Below the pieces are notes generated by a model. The model was not told where the DNA came from and did no database searches. It saw nothing but the letters and a program-made list of their open reading frames with translations. A DNA stretch of 64,000 nt from Eledone cirrhosa (Eukaryota): positions 65,162,001 to 65,226,000 of the forward strand of contig OZ024743.1 of assembly GCA_964016885.1 (NCBI GenBank), written 5' to 3'. Position 1 is the stretch's first letter; every line of letters begins with the position of its first letter. Both the position numbers and the translations under genes were made by a program. This document shows positions 1 through 10,240 of this stretch, one piece after another.

Positions 1-46
1 TCATCATTGTCAAGATCTCTTTTAGATAAATTAATTATTTTAGGAT

Positions 47-1393
47 CTACGTGTACAGTTGTTTTGGGTATGTTTCTTCCTGGAGTTTTTTTTTTTCCGG
101 TTTTTGTTGTCCTGACGTTAAAAAATGGATTTTTCTCTGTTCAGGATTTATATTCCTGTTGGTGTTCGCTTGATGAACTTTTGGTCGTGATATTATATTT
201 GGTTTCGTTATGTATTTTATCCTATTTTTGGTATTATGTATATTATTTTTCCTGTTAGCATTATTTTTAACAATCTGGGGAAATGACCTAGGTTTGCTTT
301 CAGGTTTAGATCGTCTTTTCGCCCAGTTTCTTGTGAGCAATCTCTGTTGAGATCTTTAGAGTGATCTGGTTATTCTACGTTTTGTTTCCACATTCCTTGT
401 TGGTAGTCTCTGTTGAGATCTTGAGAATGATCTCCTGGTTTTACTACTTCTCATGGTCTGGTCAAAGGAATATCTATCGTGTTTGTGCTTTTTGTTCATG
501 TTGTGTGCGATAGGGTGTTTTTGTAGAAAAAGCGAAGAGTTATTACCGTAGTTCTTCTTTGATTCAAGGTAAGGTGAGTGTTTGTGTTGGCACGTGTTCT
601 GGCGTATGTTGTGTTGGTGAGATTGTCCACTTTTAATGCGTTTTCTCAGGGTTCCACAGTCTTTACCGTAATTTGCAGCATATTCGTCGAGAAATAATTG
701 TTTCTGCAGCCATACCTTTCTTGATTTGTTTTCTTCTTTTGAGATATCTCTGATCCATAGTTCTCGTAGTTTTTCAGCTATATTACCAGTCGTTAGATTT
801 GAAATTTCTACTTCAATTTGGTCATCAATAGCTTCATATTTGGCGTTGTAGCGGGATTGTTTGCATTGAGAAATGAAGATGTCGGTCCTGAATTTTGTCA
901 ATGTAAGTTCCCATCGGAGTTTTGTTTCTTCTTCTGGTTCTCCTGCAATTTCTGTAATTAGGTATTTACGAGGGAGTATGGGTGCCGTTAGAGAGAGCCA
1001 TTTCGAATGTGTTTCGACATATTTTTCGCATTTGTATGCTTTCCAGAAGTTTTGTTTTCTTATGTTAAAAAATTTTTTCCATGTCTTCCACATTTCTTTT
1101 CTTATTCGATGTGTTTTGTTTTCCAAATTTCTTTCGTTTAGTTCTGACATCCAAGGGGGTTGTGGTAGGCTTTCTCTTGTATCTTTGATAACTGTTGGTA
1201 TAATTTCAGCTAAATTCTTAATTTCAGAGTTTATATGTTCAGTTATAAGTTTTCCATCTGTAGATTGTTTTTCTATTTCCTTTAAAATAGAGGATTGTGT
1301 GTCAATCATCGTGATAAGTGTTGATAATTTCGATGATATCTCCTTTAGAATTCTTTCTGATTCTGTTGATTTCATTTGTTGCTTTCCAGACAT
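47..1393 (-). pseudogene. ORF1 of two-ORF PLE (helical/coiled-coil N-terminus, basic C-terminus), one nonsense codon
   Basis: ORFs 356..1393 and 47..340 are in the same frame, separated by a single TAA at 356-358. The internal repeat FSRSQQRLPTRN vs SL*RSQQRLLTRN suggests a TCA>TAA mutation. Confidence 0.7.
119..125 (-). promoter_or_regulatory. Putative -1 ribosomal frameshift slippery site U UUU UUA
   Basis: ORF1 codons cat ttt tta. The -1 frame is closed by TGA at 141-143, has no ATG, and stays open to the window edge. Confidence 0.65.
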
Positions 1394-1593
1394 GTTGGCA
1401 TATACACAATAGGAATATATATATATATAGATAGATAAATATACACGGGTGTGTATGATTGTGTAGAGAAGATTATATTAATAAGAGGAATTCCAACATT
1501 GTCTGATTTACTCGTTTTATTTACAATCCTTTAAAATTTATAATGGTATTATAATGAAATAGTATGATAGAATATTAAATTCTAAGTGTTAAT

Positions 1594-1632
1594 TGAACAA
1601 GTACTTTCATGCTTTCGCAATCTTCAGGTTCA
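1594..1632 (-). ncRNA. Minimal type I hammerhead ribozyme
   Basis: Minus strand TGAAC-CTGAAGA-TTGCGAAAGCAT-GAAA-GTAC-TT-GTTCA: 5-bp stem I, intact core, palindromic GTAC loop III. Confidence 0.85.
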
Positions 1633-1669
1633 TAATATGTGGTGACAGTCAAGTTGCAATTTTCAACTG

Positions 1670-1670
<1 letters not shown>

Positions 1671-1711
<41 letters not shown>

Positions 1712-2044
1712 TATATATATATAGATATATATATATATAGATATATATAGATATAGATATAGATATATATATATATAGATATATATAGATATATATATAT
1801 AGATATATATATATATAGATATATATATATATAGATATATATATATATAGATATATATATATATAGATATAGATATATATATATATAGATATATATATAT
1901 ATATATATATATATAGATATATATATATATAGATATATATAGATATATATAGATATATATATATATAGATATATATAGATATATATAGATATATATAGAT
2001 ATATATAGATATATAGATATATATATATATATATATAGATATAT

Positions 2045-2077
<33 letters not shown>

Positions 2078-2135
2078 TATATAGATATATAGATATATAT
2101 ATGTATATATATATATATGTAAATATATATGTAGA
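1671..2135. repeat. (TA)n/(TAGA)n compound microsatellite
   Basis: Direct inspection. Many similar arrays occur, e.g. 2480-2630, 12420-12757, 14243-14463, 15365-15925, 31090-31500. Confidence 0.95.
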
Positions 2136-2716
2136 TGACCCCTTAGCCTTTGTCTAGGAGATGGAAAACTCTGATATAACACCTGCAACTCTGATGGTAT
2201 CCAATGATGTTGACTTGTTCTTCTTTTTGGTAAATATCATCTTGGTTAAGAGAGTGGGACTGGCTTTGTGCAGTGCCTTTGCTCACTATAAAAGCTTCAC
2301 GGCACAGGCATTGCTTTATATCTGGAGATCGCTCTGCACTTGTTGTCACATGGTACTATGGGCCCAGCACTGTGTCAATAATTGTCACAAGTGTAGTGTT
2401 TGTGCCAGAGTGCATCGGTAGGGGTTCTCCTACATGGATATAAAGTGGTGGCCGTACTCGAAAACGAGTTGGCAGCCACCATATATATGTAAATATATAT
2501 ATATATATGTAAATATATATAGATATATATATATATATATAGATATATATATGTAAATATATATATATATATATATGTAAATATACATATATATATATGT
2601 AAATATATATATATATATAGATATATATACGTAGGTCCCGGGTTGAGTCGGGGATAACCACAGTAAGTAAGGTACTCAATACATGGCAGAGTAAAATATA
2701 TTTATTGTATAGAAGG

Positions 2717-2767
2717 AGCTTCTACAGGACTAGAACTGTTTCATTCAGATGAAATCTTCAGGAAGCT
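2717..2767 (-). ncRNA. Type I hammerhead ribozyme in 3' pLTR
   Basis: AGCTTC-CTGAAGA-TTTCATCTGAAT-GAAA-CAG-TTCTAGTC-CTG-TA-GAAGCT; GUA cleavage triplet. Confidence 0.85.
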
Positions 2768-3261
2768 GGGTGTCATATTAAGTTCTGGTATTTATACATT
2801 TAGGTAGTGGTAAGGGAGGGGTGGTGGCTGGGGGGGGGGGATTTTTTGGGTAGGTTGGTATTTAGATACACAGGACCATAACATGGCACAGACCGTTTTT
2901 TCTTTGGGGAGTGGTCAATTAGCTGGAGTGCTTTTGTAAAGTAAAAAGAAAAAGTAAATAAATAAATAAATAAATAAATGAATAGATAAATAAATAAATA
3001 AATAAAAATTAATAAAAACCCCAAGAATATATTCAATATATATTCAACAGATATATAGTAGGGAAATTTTTTTAGGTGGGTTGGTATTAGAAGATAAACA
3101 AGACCGAATCATGGCACAACCATTGTTCTATGGTGAGTGGTCAAGTTAACATACAAGCTACAGGTGGCCAGAGTGTTTTTGTAGAATGAAAAGAATAAAA
3201 TATATTTACATACTCACAACCACATACATAAACACTTACACACACATATATATGTATATCT

Positions 3262-3314
<53 letters not shown>

Positions 3315-3363
3315 AAAAAGCACATACACACACACGCATACACATACACACACATACATACAT

Positions 3364-3433
<70 letters not shown>

Positions 3434-3588
3434 ATGTCTCTCTATAAACTATTCTATACACGGAACCTTACTCAGAGGCATACAACACAATATAAAGACC
3501 TGGAGGGGAGGAAAGAAGGTAATAATGAGAGATGGAGGGATGGAAGTGGGATGGGGGACGGGGTGGGGTGGTGATATGGGGGGGGGGG

Positions 3589-5679
3589 TCAATCGGGGGG
3601 CCGGGTGGGTCTGTAGTTTTTGTAATTTGCATAGTTCTTGTGCATGCAATTAGGGGAGTGTTCCGAGATCTTGTTGAGGAGAGGGCCTTTGGCGAATAGA
3701 ATCTCATAGCTCTCGGAGATACAGAGGTCACAGCAATTATGGCCTCCCGTGTAAGATCGCGCTCTCTGGAGTAGTCTCCATTGGGTCTTGAAGGGGATGG
3801 AGTTCCTTTTAAGGTGCCAGATGTGGGCGGTGAGTGTTGTTTGGTTAGATTTGTCTGGGCGCCGGAACGAATGTGTGTGGGCGTACCAGCGAGTTTTAAA
3901 ACTGTTAGAAGTCATCCCGATGTACGAGTTTCTTTTTTCATCGGGGCCTGTACATCGCATATATAGACGAGATCTTTTTTTAGACAGTTGTTGAGGGGGA
4001 AAGTAGTCTTATCAGGGCAATTGCCATCGGTTGCTGGCTTTGGAAAAAGTAGACTTATTTAGCTTATTGACGTTATTGTTGGCTAAGTTCCTAGCTAGAT
4101 TAGGTGTGGTAGAGTAGGAGAGTCTGATGGTATTCTTATTAAGGATTGTATAGTACCTATGTTGGGTGGGGAAGTGTTTTTGTAAGAGAGTGAAGAAAAT
4201 TTTAGCTACAGGTGTTGAAACTTCACGGTTGAAGGGGGGGGGGTTGTACCAGCTTATGTGCCTTCGCCTATTCTTCCTGGGTGGGCATGGGGCTATACTA
4301 AGGTAGGTGATCTTATCTCTAAAGCCGCTGCGGGCCAGGGCCTCGTTGTAATAGGGGGCTGCTGCTCTAAAGATATCTTCATTGGCGGCGAGGCTAGATA
4401 TCCTAATGGAGACACTTTTCACTAGGTTGTCTAATATATTTTTGGGGTGGTTAGAATTAACGTCTATATATCTAAGGGATTCATTAGGTTTGTGGTACGG
4501 GTAGTAAAGGGAAGTTTCTAATTCGAGGGTAACGTCTAGGAAGTTAGCTTTAGTTAAGTTCGAATCTAAGGTAATCCTAAGGCCTAAATTTTTAAAGGTG
4601 TAAAGGTTTTTCCTGAACCCATCCGTGGTCCTGGGGTTGATTTTGTGGAGGGCAAAGAGGCCGTCATCTCGGTAGAGACCGCCGGAGAGGCCTGTGAAGA
4701 GGGACTTCAACCTGTGGAGGATAAACAGACCCACAAGGTCACTTATTTCAGCCGAGTCGCTAGCACCCATGCTAACGTCGAAGGGGGTCTCAGATTTTTT
4801 GTTGATCCAGTGGGATCTGTCATGGTAAAGAAAAGTCTTACGTGCATGGAGGATCACATCCTGCTCGGCTTCGGTGATCGTGGTAAAGTTCCTGGCGAAG
4901 TTAATCGCGTCAATCAGCAGCCTCTCTGATATGGAGGCGTAGTAGTCCTCGATGTCTAAATGCAGGAAACGGGTGTTGCTTTTGTCGGGCAAATCCCGGA
5001 ACCATGTGATTGCCTCGCATGTCCTATTCCAGAGTGGGAGGGGTGAGGCAGCACGTAGTCTAGGTAGAATCCTGTCCAAGATCTTCTTACTGACGGATCC
5101 TATGTCAGACTTGGTCGGGTTAATCAGCCGGACCGACGGTTTATTATCAAAGTTGTTCTTGTGGTCTTTCAGGGTGAAGTGTGGGGACTTTACCCTCAGA
5201 GGTTCTGTCCGGTCTTCCAGTTTAAGGGAAGTGGCGATCTTCTTTCCGGCTAAGTTTGTTTCAGTCAAAGTAGTGTCATCAATTTTTTTGTACTTTGCTG
5301 TGATGGCATTATCAGCAAGCTTGTTGTAGGTGTCGGGAATAACCGCATAAGTATTTTTTGTTTTGTCTGAAGGGACGTGGAGGTACGGGGAACTTTTCAT
5401 TTTCAGAAGTTTCTCCTTTAAGTCCGTTTGGAAAGGTATGTTGACTTTCCTGAATTTAATATTTTTGATCATTTGAAAGAGGTCTTCAAATGGTTCAAGT
5501 AGGCTGTTGGTGGGTGGAGCCTTATTAGATTTAAAGCCGTACATCTCATTATTGGTAGATGCTACATCAGGGTGGTCAAAAAAGAACGATCTCCATCTAA
5601 TTCGTTTGATGAATTCATCAGTCCGTCTAATGAGGGCTTTTAGGTACTGTTTCCATGGTGGGATAGGAATGTTCTTCAA
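3589..5679 (-). pseudogene. PLE reverse transcriptase (4012..5679) + C-terminal GIY-YIG endonuclease (3589..~4010), frameshifted
   Basis: Motifs KNIPIP, LDIEDYYASI, MGASDSAE, GLYRDDGL, NFLDVT, WYNPP; endonuclease motifs LVY..SYIG, KTRWYAH, CDLCISE. Confidence 0.9.
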
Positions 5680-5784
5680 GGAGGTATTGCTTGGATACGT
5701 AGGTCCCGGGTTGAGTCGGGGATAACCACAGTAAGTAAGGTACTCAATACATGGCAGAGTAAAATATATTTATTGTATAGAAGG

Positions 5785-5835
5785 AGCTTCTACAGGACTA
5801 GAACTGTTTCATTCAGATGAAATCTTCAGGAAGCT
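5785..5835 (-). ncRNA. Type I hammerhead ribozyme in 5' pLTR
   Basis: Identical to 2717-2767. Confidence 0.85.
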
Positions 5836-6379
5836 GGGTGTCATATTAAGTTCTGGTATTTATACATTTAGGTAGTGGTAAGGGCGGGGTGGTGGATGGG
5901 GGGGGGGGGATTTTTTGGGTAGGTTGGTATTTAGATACACAGGACCATAACATGGCACAGACCGTTTTTTCTTTGGGGAGTGGTCAATTAGCTGGAGTGC
6001 TTTTGTAAAGTGAAAAAGAAAAAGAAAAAATAAATAAATTAAATAAAAATAAATAAAAACCCCAAGAATAGTAATTCAACAGATATATAGTAGGGAAATT
6101 TTTTTAGGTGGGTTGGTATTAGAAGATAAACAAGACCGAATCATGGCACAGACCATTATTCTATGGTGAGTGGTCAAGTTAACATACAAGCTACAGGTGG
6201 CCAGAGTGTTTTTGTAGAATGAAAAGAATAAAATATATTTACATACTCACAACCACATACATAAACACTTACACACACATATATATGTATATCTATACAT
6301 ATATATATATATATACACACACAAAAAGCACATACACACACATATACACACACACGCATACACACACACATACATACAT

Positions 6380-6428
<49 letters not shown>

Positions 6429-6529
6429 CATGTATGTATGTCTCTCGGTATAAACTATTCTATACATACATATACATACATATACACACACATACATACA
6501 CATACATACACACACACAAACACATACAT

Positions 6530-6560
<31 letters not shown>

Positions 6561-6708
6561 GATTTTGAGTTTATGTTGGTTGTATACCAACACCTCAGTA
6601 TGCAGGCTGGAGCATTCGACGAAGTGCGCAGGTTGGTTTGGTTACTCCGGAGTAGTGTAAAATAAAGTTAAATAAAAGTCAAATGATTAAAATTTAGCTT
6701 CGTTTATT

Positions 6709-6763
6709 ACTGCTATATATATTTCAGTGACAGCCATCTTTGGCTGTGACCTCTTCAGGCAGT
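6709..6763 (-). ncRNA. Type I hammerhead ribozyme
   Basis: ACTGC-CTGAAGA-GGTCACAGCCA-AAGA-TGGCTGTCACT-GAAA-TATATA-TA-GCAGT. Confidence 0.9.
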
Positions 6764-9736
6764 TTGAATTAGTATGGTATAGACAACTTCTTTAGGTGTA
6801 TAATATTGTCAATACTCTGATATGCCCAGTTCCTTGTTGGGTTGTTAATTCACTGAGGAACTGGAGTCATATGAATTCAAACAAACGAATTTCAGTGTCA
6901 AAGGTCCCCTTCTCTCATTGGTCAGTTATTAGAACATTCCTCATTCTGTGTGTTGTTATTGTTGGAGTTAGCTTAAAAATTGATAAAATAGTAGAAGGGA
7001 CAAGGTGTTAAAGGAACAAAATAACAGAAAAAGTGTCAAACTTCCCATTGGTCAGTTCTGAAAGCATTCCTCAGTCAGAAGTCTATAGAATTCTTTCTGG
7101 GGTGAGGCTCCCTGTAGTGTTTTTGCCTGCTATTGTTCAGTACATTTGACCTCCACCATTATTTTGGTACTGTTGTTGGTGTAGTGGTCAGCTTATATCT
7201 TGCTGCTGCTAACAATTTAGAAGTATCCAGTTTGTGTTTTTTTCCCTTCATCCCTCCCGCCACCATCGTAGTGGTGGTGGTGGTGGTGGTGGGGGGGGGT
7301 TCTTCCATGTATATGAAGAAATATAAGGTAATAAATGAAGAGAACAGAAAATAAATAAATAATATAATAAAATAATTAATATAATTTGTGTAATTTGAAA
7401 ATAAATAAATAAATAGAGAATAAAGAATAAATGAGAGATTGGTGAAAAAGTAATGAAAATGCATATGGAGAAGTGAGAAATAATGTAGGATAAAGTGTGT
7501 GTGTGCTATAACCAATCTCAAGGTCAGAATATGTTGGATAGATTGGTATAAGACAATATGTTAAGATGAGATATTCAAACTCAATGTGTTTGTGTTATAA
7601 TCTATCTCAACTTAAAATAAATATAAGGTGATACAGTGAAGAGGGCAGAAAACAAATAACAAATTAATAAAGAGAAATCAAGATTTAAGATTGGAACTTG
7701 AAAGTCAGAAATCTGGTAAATTAAAAGTGTTTGTGTTATAGATGTTGGCCAAATTATTATGGCTGTGTCCGATTCTATCTCCAGGTTATCATGGTGTCTG
7801 CTCCGCCTGGGTTGTTCCCTGTGGCTTGAGGGGAATTCACAACCTAGGGTGTTGTTATTGCCCATATAGCTTGAGGGAGGTCTGGCCGAGAGGTGTTTTC
7901 ATGTTCTGTAGAAGTCCTTATAGCTTGAGGGGAGTTCACATCTTCTTGTGTTGCTACTGTCCATATATCTTGAGAAAGGTCCCGGCTCTAAGGTGTCTGC
8001 ATGTCCCGAAGAAGTCGGTTCTGAGGTTTATCAGGCCGCTTCCACCTCTTAGTATCTCGAGGGTCTCGTTCAGGCATAGTTTCCATATGCAAGATCCCCC
8101 TTTATCGGGTGGTACTTTCCTGATTATGTACCAGGCCAGAGAGTATGGGGTCCTGTCCAGCTTAAGCTTCCAGATCAGGTCGGAGAGAGCTGTGCTTTTC
8201 CTTTTGGCCTCCCTCTTGAATGAATGGCGATGGTTGTACCAGCGGTCCTTAAAGCTCGTTGATGTGGCTCCTATGTAGAGGTGTTCGGAGTTGGGGGTTT
8301 TAACCCTACAACCGTACACTAGGTTCTTCTTGAGACATTCATTACCAAGGGGGCATGATTCGGGGTTTCTGCAGTTGCAGAGGGTGGTCGGCCTCTGCCT
8401 GCCTAGATTAGGGTTCTCATTATGTGTTACATGTTGGTCCTCCCCCATGCTCGGTGGGGGGGGGTCCTTGGGTCTGTTTGTGTTTCTTGGGTGGGCTCTG
8501 GGTCTCCCCTTCCCTCCTTTCACATGGTTCTGCTGAGTGTTTGTATTGCCATCTTCTGGTTGTGTGTGGTTTTTAAGCCTACTTCTGTTGATGCTAGCTA
8601 TGTGTTGGGCCAAATTTCTCATGGTGGAATACGAAAGCTTCACAGTGTGTCTGTTGAAGATCCTGTGGTATCTGTGGTCCCTCGGGAAGCATTTGTCAAG
8701 TGCTCCAAAGAATAATCGGGCCAAGCTTTTCTTTAGGGCCGCTGAGTAGGGTGGGTTGTACCACGTGATTTGTCGGTGTCTCCTCCTATATGTGTGGGTC
8801 GGGGGCTTCGTGATTTGTTGGAGATTTGTTGGGTTGCTGGTGGTTTCCGCACTATGGCTTCCCCTTTGTGCTCTATGCTTTTTGTTATCTTCGCGGCCCG
8901 GATTTGTGGGGTGGTTGTTGTCCGCCCCGGGAGATCCATCGTGGGGTGGTCGCTCGTTTCCTTCCCCCCCCCACGTGTCCTGCGGTTGGGGTCGTCCGTC
9001 CTGGGGTAGTTAGCGTCACGCCTGAGACTGCTACTCATATTGTGCTCCATCTCGTGGTCAAGCGCACTAGTCCCCACCGCCCGTGTGGTGGTGTCTGGTA
9101 CATGGTGCCTATTTGATTCTACCCTGCATGTATTGTTAGGGTTCGCCCTCCCCCCTCTGGCAACGCGGTTGTGGGTGTCTGTTGGGCTATCCACCTCCCG
9201 GCTTTTCGGACTATATGTTATATTTTGTCCATGTGCCGCCTTCTTTAGAGCTGCGTTGTAATATTCCGCGTGGTTGTTGAATATTTCCTTACTTGCGGAC
9301 AGGCTGGAGATCCTGTCCGAGACACTCTTCACCACTGCCTTGGTTATGGATCTAGGGTGGTTTGATTTGGCGTTAACATATACGAGTTTCTAGTTGGGCT
9401 TGTGGTAGGGGTAGTATTGCTCAGTGTTCAGGTTTAGGGTGGTGTCTAGGAAGTTAACTACCTTCCTATTTGGGTCTATTTCTATGCTGAGCCCCTGGTT
9501 CTTAAAGAAATGGCGAATACGCCTCCTCATACCCTCCAACATATTGGTGCTGTGGTCATGTACTGTGAATAGAGCATCGTCACGATATAATCCGCCGCCC
9601 AGGCAGGGGATTTCATCTTTTATCTGCTTCAGCAGGTAGAGCCCAACCAATATTATACACCTAAATTATAGGTAGAGCCCAACCAATATTATACACCTAA
9701 ACAACATATGTACTTGTCTATACCATACTAATTCAA

Positions 9737-9791
9737 ACTGCCTGAAGAGGTCACAGCCAAAGATGGCTGTCACTGAAATATATATAGCAGT
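9737..9791 (+). ncRNA. Type I hammerhead ribozyme (inverted pLTR copy)
   Basis: Exact reverse complement of 6709-6763. Confidence 0.9.
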
Positions 9792-9835
9792 AATAAACGA
9801 AGCTAAATTTTAATCATTTGACTTTTATTTAACTT

Positions 9836-9896
<61 letters not shown>

Positions 9897-10240
9897 TATA
9901 CACATATATACACATACACACATACAAATTCATACACATATACACATACACGCACTCGTTCACACACATATATGTATCTATATATATTGGGAAAAAGTAG
10001 TGGGACAAATTATAAACTGAGCCTGATAAAAGATTAAAATATTTATTATCACTACTAAATTATTAATATTATCATCAAGTAAATAATTATTTATTATTTA
10101 TTATTTACCATTCACTATTTATTACCTATCTTTTATCTTTTATCTATTCATTATTTAATCATTCACTTATTAAATAATAAATAAATGAATTAACTAACAA
10201 ACAAACAAACAGATAAACAAATAAATAAATAAATAAATAA

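Larger units (their letters stand above)
1..1670 (-). mobile_element. Penelope-like retroelement, 5' portion (HHR-bearing pLTR + ORF1 + start of RT frame); continues off the left edge
   Basis: HHR at 1594-1632, AATAAA downstream, long ORF1, then a -1 frame reading PKIINLSKRDLDNDE, typical of the PLE RT N-terminal motif. Bounded on the right by a (TA)n/(TAGA)n array. Confidence 0.7.
2627..6466 (-). mobile_element. Penelope-like element (probably Hydra-type), near full length, with direct pLTRs 2627-3460 and 5695-6466
   Basis: About 800-bp near-identical direct repeats flank RT and GIY-YIG coding sequence. Each repeat carries an HHR. Inserted in (TA)n. Confidence 0.9.
6560..9843 (-). mobile_element. 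5'-truncated Penelope-like element (Hydra-type RT) with inverted pLTR piece at its 5' end
   Basis: RT fragment GLYRDD (9390..9650), thumb/linker (8733..9335), GIY-YIG domain CNCRNPESCPL..LVY..LYIG (7954..8724). About 6657-6810 recurs inverted at about 9685-9843. Flanked by (TA)n. Confidence 0.9.

Noticed and set aside
873-1412. Plus-strand ORFs antisense to TE ORFs (here and many elsewhere)
   Set aside because: Shadow frames without recognisable motifs.
1649-2188. YIYI/CVCV-rich ORFs (also near 3141, 6174, 12383, 15208, 31004, 59671)
   Set aside because: Translations of (TA)n/(CA)n microsatellites, not genes.
2135-2480. Unique 345-bp island between microsatellites
   Set aside because: No recognisable domain, splice pattern or ribozyme core; probably a small TE fragment.
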